A DNA stretch of 64,000 bases from Verrucomicrobiota bacterium. GTDB lineage: Bacteria; Verrucomicrobiota; Verrucomicrobiia; Limisphaerales; UBA11358. Each line of letters starts with the position of its first letter. The first letter of the stretch is position 1. Made by a program: the position numbers and the translations under genes. Location: NCBI GenBank assembly GCA_049510395.1, contig JBEKYY010000012.1, positions 7,530-71,529 of the forward strand, in the 5' to 3' direction. Below are positions 9,235 through 18,404 of this stretch, one piece after another. The notes under the pieces were generated by a model that was given only the letters and a program-made list of their open reading frames with translations, ran no database searches and was not told the DNA's origin.

Positions 9235-9569
9235 GACAATCAGGCGTATAACCGACGTCCATTAGATTTTCGTGGGGGCGGGCGCGAAAGGCTCTGCAAA
9301 AATTGGCAAACTATCACCGTGCTTTGTACGGCGAAGAATTGTTCAGCAGTTCTTTCACGCTCCACTGTCTGCGAACACCGCATTTTTTGAAATTTTGCGC
9401 CGGTTCATTTCAGTCATCCGGTGACGTTGTGATACAAAATTGATGGCGGAACCGGCATTTCATTCATCCGGGTTCCAGGGTTTGTCCCGCGCATCGCCGG
9501 CGTTTGCGCCAGCCTGCGGGCATGAGTGTTGAACGGGGTTTGGGTGTGATTATAGCAAGGCCATTTCAC

Positions 9570-9598
9570 TTGACGCACACTTGGGGTTTGCTTAATTT
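9570..9598 (+). promoter_or_regulatory. Candidate sigma70-type promoter (TTGACG-17 nt-TAATTT) in the divergent hox/araC intergenic region
   Basis: TTGACG at 9570..9575, a 17-nt spacer, TAATTT at 9593..9598. If real, the regulator probably starts downstream of the GTG at 9605. Pattern match only. Confidence 0.25.
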
Positions 9599-9604
9599 GT
9601 TGCC

Positions 9605-10669
9605 GTGCCAACAACTATTGCAAAGAGGGCCAAAGGGGTGCCAGCAACTCGGCCCCACCCCTCGGAGGGTTGTTTGATTAAACCGTGCTTCCATCAAAAC
9701 GTTCCCGGCACTGGCGCCGCGAAAAAAGTTTCTTCCGCCAGGGCCAGGGCCTCAGTCGTCATGATGGGCGGCAACAGCAGCAGCACCGGCAATAACAACC
9801 GCGCTCTGATCAAAGCCATCTCGGATTCGAAGGTTTATCAGGAGTATGAGCGCGCATTCAACGTGTTGACGGGTTTGCCGGTGTCATTGCAGCCGGTGGA
9901 AACCTGGCAGTTGCCGCATCACGGCAAGCGGAACGAAAATCCTTTTTGCGCGCTGGTGTCGCAGAAAAGCCACGCGTGCGCCGCTTGTTTGCAGATGTGG
10001 GAGCAGCTTTGCGAAAAAGCCGCCCATGAACCGAGGACGATCACCTGTCAGGCCGGACTCCTCGACACCGCCGTGCCGGTGCGGTTGGGCGACCGGCTCA
10101 TCGGTTATCTGCAAACCGGACAGCTTTTCGGCCGGAAACCGAGTCGGCGTCAGTTTGACCGGGCCGCCAAATTGGTGGCGGGATGGGGTGTGGAAGTGGA
10201 TCGGGAGGTGCTCCGGAAGGCCTACTATTCCACAAAAGTGGTGACCGCCCGACAGCACGAATCCGTCGTCAAAATGCTGATGATTTTTGCGCAGCATCTG
10301 GCGATGCTCGGCAACCAGATTTTCATCCAGCAAAAGAACGCCGAGCCGCCAATCATCAAGCGCGCCAAGGAATACATTTACGAACACCACACCGAGCAAC
10401 TTTCGCTCGCCCGGGCGGCCAGAGCCGTCAATATGAGCACATTTTACTTTTGCAAAATGTTCAAGAAGGTCACGGGCATCAATTTCACCGACTACCTTTC
10501 GCGCGTTCGCATTGAGAAGGCGAAGAATCTGTTGCTGAATCCGAACCTGCGCGTGAGCGAAATCGCGTTTGAGGTCGGGTTCCAGTCGCTCACGCATTTC
10601 AACCGGGTCTTCAAAAAGCTGCTGGGCCAGTCGCCAACGGAATACCGCGCGCAATTGCTGGCGCGGTAA
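9605..10669 (+). CDS. AraC-family transcriptional regulator with an N-terminal PocR-like sensory domain
   Basis: PocR-like Cys-rich region (FCALVSQKSHACAACLQMW...ITCQAGLLDTAVPV). C-terminal HTH_AraC (LSLARAARAVNMSTFYFCKMFKKVTG...FQSLTHFNRVFKKLLGQSPTEYR). The 5' end is uncertain (GTG at 9605, or the internal MMGGN). Confidence 0.8.
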   Translation: MPTTIAKRAKGVPATRPHPSEGCLIKPCFHQNVPGTGAAKKVSSARARASVVMMGGNSSSTGNNNRALIKAISDSKVYQEYERAFNVLTGLPVSLQPVETWQLPHHGKRNENPFCALVSQKSHACAACLQMWEQLCEKAAHEPRTITCQAGLLDTAVPVRLGDRLIGYLQTGQLFGRKPSRRQFDRAAKLVAGWGVEVDREVLRKAYYSTKVVTARQHESVVKMLMIFAQHLAMLGNQIFIQQKNAEPPIIKRAKEYIYEHHTEQLSLARAARAVNMSTFYFCKMFKKVTGINFTDYLSRVRIEKAKNLLLNPNLRVSEIAFEVGFQSLTHFNRVFKKLLGQSPTEYRAQLLAR

Positions 10670-10670
10670 A

Positions 10671-10835
10671 TGGGAGCAACTCGAGACTATTGCTGACTCC
10701 CTCGCCCCGCCCAGCGGGGAGAGGGCTGGGGCGAGGGGATTTGAATTTAAACGCCCCACCTCACCCCGCCCCTCTCCCCCAACTCCGTTGGCGGAGAGGG
10801 AGAAAATGGCGATGGTTTCTTCATCAGTTTGCTCA
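10671..10835 (-). repeat. MITE-like intergenic repeat, family M1, degenerate copy
   Basis: GGGAGCAACTCGAGAC...GACTCCCTCGCCCCGCCCAGCGGGGAGAGGGCTGGGGCGAGGGGATTT matches the reverse complement of 44165..44238. It begins 2 nt after the araC-family stop codon. Confidence 0.55.
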
Positions 10836-11024
10836 TTGCCGTAACTCGTCAGTTCCTTCCGGTCGCTCCGAATCTCCTTTCCTTTCCGGCAGTTTCTGGC
10901 AATTTGTTTTCGTGCTCCCAGCGCTGAAGTGCCGCGCCTGCAAAATTGGTAAAGTCTTCAACAAGGTTTGGTGAGCAGAGTGCCCGGGAAGGGCGGATTT
11001 TGTTTTTTTGCGCGGTCAATATTT

Positions 11025-13133
11025 ATGCTTGAGACGCTTTTATATCCCAAGGCCATCGCGGTGATCGGTGCTTCCCGCCACCCGGACAAGGTGGGTTACG
11101 CAGTGCTGGCCAATCTCATCAACAACGGCTTCAAAGGGCCGATTGTTCCGGTCAATCCTGATGCGGATGAAATTCTCGGCCTTAAATGTTACAAATCAAT
11201 CGGCGAGTACAAGGATCCCATAGACCTCAGCATCATCATGGTGGGGGCCAAATACGTGAAAGATGCCCTCCAGAGTTCGATTAAAGCGGGCGCAAAATCG
11301 GTCATTGTCATCACAGCCGGTTTTCGCGAAGTCAGCGCGGCGGGCGCGAAGGCGGAACAGGAACTCGTCGAAATCTGCCGCGCTGCCGGCGTGCGGATGG
11401 TCGGGCCGAACTGCCTCGGCGTGCTCAACACGGACCATCACATGAACGCCACGTTCGCGCCGTCCGTGCCGCCGCCCGGAAAAATTTCCGTCATCTCCCA
11501 GTCCGGCGCGCTCTGCGTGGCCATCCTCGACTGGGCGGCGGAACAGAAGCTCGGCCTCGGCAAGGTCATCAGCTTCGGCAACAAGGCGGACCTCAACGAA
11601 GTGGATTTCATCCAGACGCTCGCGGAAGACAAGGAAACCAAAGTCATCGCCGGTTATCTGGAAAGCATCAAGGAAGGCGACAAGTTCCTGCGCATTGCGG
11701 AACAGGCCGCCGGCATCAAGCCGGTCGTGATTCTGAAGGTTGGCATCACTTCGGCGGGCGCCAAAGCCGCTTCGTCCCACACCGGCAGCCTGGCCGGTGC
11801 CGACATGGCTTACGGCGCGGCATTCAAGCGTTCGGGTGTCATCCGCGCGGAAAATTTCGAGGCGCTGTTCGATTACGCCACAGCCTTTGCCATGCAGCCG
11901 CTCCCGAATGGAGAGCGCGTGGCCGTCATCACCAACGCCGGCGGCCCGGGCATCATGGCGGCGGACGCTGCGGAATCGTCGGGCTTGAAAATGGTTTCGC
12001 CCGGCAAGGAAAGCGACGCGAAACTGCGCGCTTTCATGCCGGCGGCGGGGGCGTTCGGCAACCCGATTGACGTCATCGGCGACGCCGATCCCGACCGCTA
12101 TGTGAAAGCGTTCGAAGTAATGCAGGATGACGAAACGATTGACGCCATCGTGGTCGTGGTCACACCGCAGAACATGACCAGGCCGCTGGAGCTGGCGGAG
12201 AAACTCGGCGCGGCCCACAAGGGCAAAAAGCCGATGCTGGCGGTGTTCATGGGCGGCACGGAAGTGGTGGCGGCGAAGGAAAAGTTGATGGCTTTGGGCA
12301 TTCCGAATTATACGTCGCCCGACCGCGCCGTCACCGCGCTGCGGGCGATGTGCGATTACGCGGCCTGGAAACGCCGGCCGGCGCGCATGGTCACGCGTTT
12401 CCCGGTCAATCGCCGGCGCGTGGACCGCATCATCAATGTGCAGGAGCGCAGCGGCATAACGCAGATCGGTGAAGTCGAGGCGAAGGAAATCCTGCGCGCC
12501 TACGATTTCAACATCCTCGGCGGCCAGCTGGCCCAGACCGGCGACGAGGCCGTGGAAATTGCCGAACGCATCGGCTACCCGGTCGTGTTGAAAATTTCAT
12601 CGCCCGACATCATTCACAAATCCGATTTCGGCGGTGTTCGCATCAATCTCGCCAACGCCGAGCAGGTGCGCGACGCCTTCGATTTGATGATCCTGCGCAT
12701 CCAGAAGCGCGCGCCCAACGCGCATCTCCGCGGCGCTTATGTGGAAAAAATGGGGCAGCGTGGCCGGGAAGTGATCCTGGGCATGACCCGCGACCCGCAA
12801 TTCGGGCCGATGCTGATGTTCGGTCTGGGCGGTATTTTTGTGGAAGTGATGAAGGACGTGACCTTCCACCTCGCGCCGATTACGGCGGAGGAAGCGATGC
12901 AGATGCTCAAAGGCACGCGTTCCTACGCTCTGTTGCAGGGGGCGCGCGGCCAGGCGCCGGTGGACTTGGAGGCGATTGCCGGTGCGCTGCAGCGCATCAG
13001 CCAGCTCGTCACGGATTATCCGCAGATTATGGAACTGGACATCAACCCGTTCATCGTTGGCCCGGTTGGCGTTCAAGCTTACGTGGCCGATGCGCGCATG
13101 ACCCTTTCAACCGTGGGCAAAGCACATGAGTAA
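11025..13133 (+). CDS. Acetyl-CoA synthetase (ADP-forming) / acetate--CoA ligase family protein (CoA-binding + ligase-CoA + ATP-grasp domains)
   Basis: Start MLETLLYPKAIAVIGASRHPDKVGY at 11025. Motifs: MVGPNCLGVLN, SQSGAL, SSHTGSLAG (phospho-His loop). C-terminal ATP-grasp region (YPVVLKISSPDIIHKSDFGGV). Confidence 0.85.
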   Translation: MLETLLYPKAIAVIGASRHPDKVGYAVLANLINNGFKGPIVPVNPDADEILGLKCYKSIGEYKDPIDLSIIMVGAKYVKDALQSSIKAGAKSVIVITAGFREVSAAGAKAEQELVEICRAAGVRMVGPNCLGVLNTDHHMNATFAPSVPPPGKISVISQSGALCVAILDWAAEQKLGLGKVISFGNKADLNEVDFIQTLAEDKETKVIAGYLESIKEGDKFLRIAEQAAGIKPVVILKVGITSAGAKAASSHTGSLAGADMAYGAAFKRSGVIRAENFEALFDYATAFAMQPLPNGERVAVITNAGGPGIMAADAAESSGLKMVSPGKESDAKLRAFMPAAGAFGNPIDVIGDADPDRYVKAFEVMQDDETIDAIVVVVTPQNMTRPLELAEKLGAAHKGKKPMLAVFMGGTEVVAAKEKLMALGIPNYTSPDRAVTALRAMCDYAAWKRRPARMVTRFPVNRRRVDRIINVQERSGITQIGEVEAKEILRAYDFNILGGQLAQTGDEAVEIAERIGYPVVLKISSPDIIHKSDFGGVRINLANAEQVRDAFDLMILRIQKRAPNAHLRGAYVEKMGQRGREVILGMTRDPQFGPMLMFGLGGIFVEVMKDVTFHLAPITAEEAMQMLKGTRSYALLQGARGQAPVDLEAIAGALQRISQLVTDYPQIMELDINPFIVGPVGVQAYVADARMTLSTVGKAHE

Positions 13134-15000
13134 GACCATCACCTACGATCCCAACTGGCAGGAGACTTACAAGTTGCAGGTCCTCACGGCTGCCGAGGCG
13201 GTAAAAAAAATCCGGCCCGGCCAGCGCGTGTTCATCGGCACCGGCACGGGCGAACCGCTGGAGCTGGTCAGCGCGTTGAGCAAGCGCGCCTACGAATTGC
13301 CGGACACCGAAATTGTCCATCTGCTCACTTTCGGCGACGCGCCGTACGCGCACAAGGAACTGGCGCAATACTTCCGTGTAAACAGTTTCTTCATTGCCGA
13401 GAACGTGCGCGACATCATCCAGGAAGGCCTGGGCGACTACACGCCCATCCACCTGTCGGACATTCCGCGCCTGTTTGACTCCGGCCAACTCCCGCTCGAC
13501 GTGGCCCTCATCCACGTCACGCCGCCGGATCGGTACGGCATGTGCAGTCTGGGCGTGTCGGTGGATATTGTGAAAAGCGCCACGGAAAATGCCTCGCTCG
13601 TCATCGCGCAGGTGAACCCGAACATGCCGCGGACGCATGGCAACTGCTGCATCCACGCCCATGACATTGACGTGCTGGTGCCGTCGCAGGCGGCGATCCT
13701 CGAAGTGCCGCCGGCTGAAATCACCGAGACGACCCGGCAGATCGCCGAATACATCGCCGCGCTCGTGGAAGACGGTTCCACCATCGAGTTCGGCATCGGG
13801 CGCATTCCGCAGGCGCTGCTCGGCTTCCTCAAGGACAAGAAAGACCTCGGCGTTCACACGGAGATGGTCACCGACAACATTATTGAATTGATCGAGTCGG
13901 GCGCCATCAACGGCGCGCGCAAGACGACGGACCACGGCAAAATCGTCGCCAGCTTCGCCATCGGCACGCGGCGGATTTACGATTACATTGACAACAATCC
14001 GCTCTTTTCCTTCCAGCCGACGGAGTATGTCAACGACCCGTCCGTCATCCGCCAGCAATACAAGATGGTCGCGGTCAATACCGCGCTGCAGATAGACCTT
14101 ACCGGCCAGGTATGCGCCGATTCCATCGGCTCGAAGTTTTTCTCCGGCGTTGGCGGGCAGGTGGATTTCAACCGCGGCGCCGCCAAGTCGCGCAGCGGCA
14201 AGCCCGTTATCGCGCTGCCTTCAACGGCCCGTGGCGGCACCATCTCGCGCATCGTGACGCACCTCAGCGAGGGGGCCGGTGTGGTGACGACCCGCGCGGG
14301 CGTGCATTACGTCGTGACCGAATACGGCGTGGCGTATCTGCACGGCAAAAGCATTCAGGAACGCGCCCTGGCGCTCATCAGCATCGCCCACCCGAAATTC
14401 CGCGCCGACCTGTTGCGCGACGCCATCAATGCGAAATATCTTTCCACCGAAATGGCCGACCTGGAAGGCAAGATTCTCGTCGGGCCCAAGGAACTGCGCA
14501 CCACCTATTTGCTCAATGACGGCACGCAACTCAACTTCCGCCCGATTCATCCGACCGACGAACCGCGGATGCGCGACCTGTTCTACAAACTGTCGGAGGC
14601 GACGATTTATTACCGGTTCATGAGCCATTCCAAGCGCGTGTCGCGGCAGCAGATTCAGGACTTCGTTTATATTGACCATCGCAACGACGTGACCATCGTC
14701 GGCACGCTGCCCGAGGCGTATGGCGAAGAGATCATCGCGGTGGGCAGCTATTATCTCGACCCGAAGACGAACCTGGCGGAAGTGGCATTCGTGGTGAGCG
14801 ACCAGTGGCAGAACCACGGCATCGGCACCTTCCTCTTGAAGCATTTGATGCGCATCGCCCGCCGCAACGGCATCCGCGGGTTCACCGCCGAAGTCCTTAC
14901 TGAAAACAAGCCGATGCAGGCGGTCATCAACAAATCGAACTATAAAATCCAGAGCAAGCTCACCGGCAACGTTTACAGCTACGAGATGGATTTCGAGTAA
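13126..15000 (+). CDS. Acetyl-CoA hydrolase/transferase family domain fused to a C-terminal GNAT acetyltransferase domain
   Basis: N-terminal ~430 aa resemble 4-hydroxybutyrate/acetate CoA-transferases (VFIGTGTGEP..., AQVNPNMPRTHG, EFGIGRIPQA, GGQVDF). The C-terminus carries the GNAT motif QNHGIGTFLLKHL. 8-nt overlap with the upstream ACD gene. Confidence 0.85.
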   Translation: MSKTITYDPNWQETYKLQVLTAAEAVKKIRPGQRVFIGTGTGEPLELVSALSKRAYELPDTEIVHLLTFGDAPYAHKELAQYFRVNSFFIAENVRDIIQEGLGDYTPIHLSDIPRLFDSGQLPLDVALIHVTPPDRYGMCSLGVSVDIVKSATENASLVIAQVNPNMPRTHGNCCIHAHDIDVLVPSQAAILEVPPAEITETTRQIAEYIAALVEDGSTIEFGIGRIPQALLGFLKDKKDLGVHTEMVTDNIIELIESGAINGARKTTDHGKIVASFAIGTRRIYDYIDNNPLFSFQPTEYVNDPSVIRQQYKMVAVNTALQIDLTGQVCADSIGSKFFSGVGGQVDFNRGAAKSRSGKPVIALPSTARGGTISRIVTHLSEGAGVVTTRAGVHYVVTEYGVAYLHGKSIQERALALISIAHPKFRADLLRDAINAKYLSTEMADLEGKILVGPKELRTTYLLNDGTQLNFRPIHPTDEPRMRDLFYKLSEATIYYRFMSHSKRVSRQQIQDFVYIDHRNDVTIVGTLPEAYGEEIIAVGSYYLDPKTNLAEVAFVVSDQWQNHGIGTFLLKHLMRIARRNGIRGFTAEVLTENKPMQAVINKSNYKIQSKLTGNVYSYEMDFE

Positions 15001-15010
15001 ACGGTCAGCA

Positions 15011-15119
15011 GGTAGGGCGCGTCACTTCCGCCGTCGCATGGCTATGGCGGGACAAGCCGTGCGCGCCGTCGTTCAAACACCTTCACCCAAGCGGCGGGCA
15101 GGGGACTGCCCGCCCTACC
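15011..15119 (+). repeat. Intergenic repeat family R1 (bounded by GGTAGGGCG / CGCCCTACC inverted termini)
   Basis: GGTAGGGCGCG...GCGCGCCGTCGTTCAAACACCTTCACCCAAGCGGCGGGCAGGGGACTGCCCGCCCTACC. Near-identical copy at 17313..17391. A partial copy sits at 37308..37355. Confidence 0.65.
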
Positions 15120-15325
15120 AGGATTCATTCCGGCGGAGGGCGTTTTCTTTGGGAATGATCAACTGCGGACCACGCGAACGGCAAATTCTTGAAACCGCGC
15201 GCCGGAAGATGAGCAAGTGATAGGAGTGCCGACTCAAAGTTCCGCCCGTTTGACGCAAGGGTACCGGCATTTGTTTTCCATGCCGGCCTTGACGGCCTGC
15301 CGCTGCGCAATATGCTCGATCCATT

Positions 15326-17302
15326 ATGCGCCGGGTTAAAAAACAGATTTCCGCAACCGCGTTGTCAAAAGCAAATTTCCATCCCATCAAACTTTCCCGG
15401 GCCACGCGCCTGTACCGCGGCTCTTCAGCCGTGCGATGGGGATTGGTCCTCGTTTTGCTCCTGCTGTTGTCCGGTGAATGTCCGCTTTCGGTTGCGCAGA
15501 AAACAGGCGGCGACGCGGCTCCAGCCACCGCTCCCGCCGGGGAGGATTTTGCGGTCCGGGGACTTGAAATCCACAGTTCGCGGATGTGGCGGTGGAAGTC
15601 CGTCGAAAATGCCTTTGGAGTGATGGAAAAACTCGGCATGAACACCCTGATTTTCCATGAGTCGGATTTGACCGATCAACTTGTGCTGCCACGGGCGTAT
15701 TTTTCCAGTGACCTGATGTGGCAGCGGTGGCCGGTCCGTCTGCATCTGGTGCTCGATAACAACCGGCAATACATCCGGAAAGTCGCGCGCGAAGCCAAGC
15801 GGCGGAACATCAGATTCTTCCTGGAAGTCAAAGAGATTTGGTACCCGGACGGGTTGATCGAGTTGCATCCGGAGTTGATCCGAAGCAACGGCGTGGTTTG
15901 CGCGACGGACCCGTTCTGGTGGGAGTTCGTGCGCAAAAAATACGAGGAACTCGTCGGAGACATTCCGGACATCGCCGGCGTCATCGTCAGTCCGGCGAGC
16001 CGCGAGAGCCGGGTCTCGATGGTTGCCAATCCGTGCAAATGCGAGCGGTGTCGGGCATACGATCCGAAGCTCTGGTATGAAAGCCTCTTCCGCGCCATGT
16101 ATGAACCGCTTCACGCCAAAGGCAAAATCCTGGTCGTCCGGGATTTCTCCTATCGCCGCGACCAGCAGAACATGGTGATTGATTCAACCTCCCGCGTGGC
16201 CAATGACATCGTCATCGCGCTCAAAAACACACCTCACGATTTCTACCCGACCTTCCCGAACAATCCACGGATTGGCCTGACCGGTGAGCATCCTCAATGG
16301 GTGGAATTCGACACCTGGGGGCAATTCGTGGGATCGGGCTTCTTTCCTTGCAGCCTGATCGAGGACATGCAACGCCGCCTGGATTATTGCCACCGCAACG
16401 GCGTTTCCGGAGTCTGGTTTCGCACCGACTGGGAAAACATGAATGAAGCCAGTGTTTTCAACAGCCCGAATCTGTTGAACCTGTTCGGCGGCGGCATGCT
16501 CTCCCGCAACCGCGCCCAGCCGCTGGAAAACGTCTATCGCGCCTGGCTCGAATACGGCCTGTTGGACCCGTTGATACCCGAGTCAACACAGGGCGCGCCC
16601 GTTCCGGTCAACCCCGTGCAGATGGAGCGCTTCGAAAAATTCATGCAAGCCTCGTGGAAGGTCATTGAAAAGACGCTTTTCGTGCGCGGCCACCTGTTCC
16701 ACGAGAACGGCATGTTTCCAGACTCGGTCAAGCATGCCTTCGACATGATGACCCAAATCCACGGGCGGGACGATTGGGAGCCGGGTGCGTCGAAACGTGT
16801 CGAGCCGACGGATGAGAACATTCGCGCCGTCATTGCCGAAAAGGAGCAGGCCGAAGCCGAAGTGGCGAAGCTGCCGGGCATTTTGCAGATCGAAGAATCC
16901 GGTTTGCCCCCGCAGACGAAAAAAGACCTAGGCACAATCCTCGACTTGTATCAGTGGTATGTAAAAGGATTCAAACACTGCGCGACGGCGTGCTTCCTTG
17001 CGAAAAAGGCGATGAACACCCGCGACCGCGCCGACATCGAAGCCGCGTTGCGGGCCGCCGACAATCTGGCCGCCTACCGCGCGGAAACGGCGCGACGCCT
17101 GGAAAATACATCCTACCCGCACTACGTCTATGAATTCTTCGACGTTGAGCGCCTCGACCGTCTCATCAACGACATCCGCGGGTTAGCCGCCGAAGTCCAC
17201 ATGGAGAACAAGCCGGTGCCGGCGGTCACCAACAAATCGAACTACAAAATCCAGAGCAAGCTCAACGCCAACGTTTACCGCTACGAGATGGACTTCGAGT
17301 AA
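15326..17302 (+). CDS. Secreted hypothetical protein, TIM-barrel glycoside-hydrolase-like; C-terminal 38 aa derive from a duplicated GNAT gene 3' end
   Basis: Signal-peptide-like LVLVLLLLLSGECPLSVAQ. RGLEIHSSRMW...MNTLIFHESD resembles the RG..LD..R / N..H.H..D pattern of GH20-type barrels (weak). The tail ENKPVPAVTNKSNYKIQSKLNANVYRYEMDFE copies the end of 13126..15000. Confidence 0.55.
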   Translation: MRRVKKQISATALSKANFHPIKLSRATRLYRGSSAVRWGLVLVLLLLLSGECPLSVAQKTGGDAAPATAPAGEDFAVRGLEIHSSRMWRWKSVENAFGVMEKLGMNTLIFHESDLTDQLVLPRAYFSSDLMWQRWPVRLHLVLDNNRQYIRKVAREAKRRNIRFFLEVKEIWYPDGLIELHPELIRSNGVVCATDPFWWEFVRKKYEELVGDIPDIAGVIVSPASRESRVSMVANPCKCERCRAYDPKLWYESLFRAMYEPLHAKGKILVVRDFSYRRDQQNMVIDSTSRVANDIVIALKNTPHDFYPTFPNNPRIGLTGEHPQWVEFDTWGQFVGSGFFPCSLIEDMQRRLDYCHRNGVSGVWFRTDWENMNEASVFNSPNLLNLFGGGMLSRNRAQPLENVYRAWLEYGLLDPLIPESTQGAPVPVNPVQMERFEKFMQASWKVIEKTLFVRGHLFHENGMFPDSVKHAFDMMTQIHGRDDWEPGASKRVEPTDENIRAVIAEKEQAEAEVAKLPGILQIEESGLPPQTKKDLGTILDLYQWYVKGFKHCATACFLAKKAMNTRDRADIEAALRAADNLAAYRAETARRLENTSYPHYVYEFFDVERLDRLINDIRGLAAEVHMENKPVPAVTNKSNYKIQSKLNANVYRYEMDFE

Positions 17303-17312
17303 ACTGCACATG

Positions 17313-17391
17313 GATAGGGCGCGCAGTCCCCTGCGCGCCGTCGTTCAAATACCTTCACCCAAGCGGCGGGCAGGGGACTGCCCGCCCTACC
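17313..17391 (+). repeat. Intergenic repeat family R1, second copy
   Basis: GATAGGGCGCGCAGTCCCCTGCGCGCCGTCGTTCAAATACCTTCACCCAAGCGGCGGGCAGGGGACTGCCCGCCCTACC. Its 3' 60 nt are almost identical to 15060..15119. Confidence 0.65.
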
Positions 17392-17480
17392 TTCTCACTC
17401 CTAGCCCGTGACGACGTTTTGAAACCTGAGGTTAAAGTCACGGCTCGCAAGGACGCTCGCCCTCCCAGGCGCTGTAGAGT

Positions 17481-18035
17481 ATGCTCGAGGCAAAAATCAA
17501 AATTATGAGCCTGACACCAAACGACAAACTCCAGTTCATTTTAGGCCGGCGCAGCATCCGGGTTTATGCGCCCGGCGAAGTCAGCGAGACGGCCATCACC
17601 CAATTGCTGCAGGCGGCCATGGCGGCGCCTTCGGCGGTGGCCAAAGATCCCTGGCGCTTTGTGGTTGTCCGGAAAAAGGAAACGCTGTCAACCATCGCCG
17701 CGGCCTTGCCCAACGGCGGCATGCTGGCCACGGTCCCGCTGGGCATCGTAGTCTGTGGCGACCTCGATGCGGCGCACGACCGCCAGCTCAGTTACCTGCT
17801 GCAGGATTGCTCGGCGGCCATCGAGAATCTGCTGCTGTGCGCGCATGGTCTTGGCTTGGGCACCTGCTGGCTGGGTATTCACCCGCGGGAAGACCGCATT
17901 CGCAAACTCAAGGAGATTCTTCAACTGCCAGCATCGGTCATTCCTGTGGCCGGCATTGCCATCGGCCATCCCGGTGAGGAAAAGGAGCCGCGCACCCGGT
18001 TCAACCCCGAATACGTGCATTGGGAGAAATGGTGA
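17481..18035 (+). CDS. Nitroreductase family protein
   Basis: RRSIRVY...AAMAAPSAVAKDPWRFVVV...LQDCSAAIENLLLCAHGLGLGTCWLG is typical of the FMN nitroreductase fold. Alternative start MSLTPND at 17505. Confidence 0.85.
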   Translation: MLEAKIKIMSLTPNDKLQFILGRRSIRVYAPGEVSETAITQLLQAAMAAPSAVAKDPWRFVVVRKKETLSTIAAALPNGGMLATVPLGIVVCGDLDAAHDRQLSYLLQDCSAAIENLLLCAHGLGLGTCWLGIHPREDRIRKLKEILQLPASVIPVAGIAIGHPGEEKEPRTRFNPEYVHWEKW

Positions 18036-18144
18036 ACGGTGGGCAAACCCGGGTAGGGCGGGCAGCCTGCTCGCGACCTGCTCGCGATTCATCGGAGTTA
18101 TCGGAGTCCTCTGCCCGCCGCCGGGCGAAGGCGATATAGCAGTT

Positions 18145-18300
18145 CACATTGTCATTGGCGCACAAAAGTTCACGCGGAAATCTCGCGGACACTTCGTCTG
18201 CTGGCAAAGCGCCAGAGGGCTGGCGCAGTCCAAGACGCTTCGCGTATTTCAGGAATCATCGTGTCGCGCGCAGCGTCCTGGAGTGCGGCGGCCCTCCGCC
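18145..18300 (+). repeat. Intergenic repeat family R2 (~155 nt), copy A
   Basis: CACATTGTCATTGGCGCACAAAAGTTCA...CAAAGCGCCAGAGGGCTGGCGCAGTCCAAGACGCTTCGCG...GCGTCCTGGAG. About 85% identical to the reverse complement of 43021..43183 and to 37563..37716. Confidence 0.7.
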
Positions 18301-18404
18301 GCTATTCCCAAAGGTGTATCAAATTGTGCCAATGTTAATTGGAACTGCTATGGAAGGACGGCGCGCATGGAGTGACGCGCCCTGCCTATAATTGGTATTA
18401 TGGA

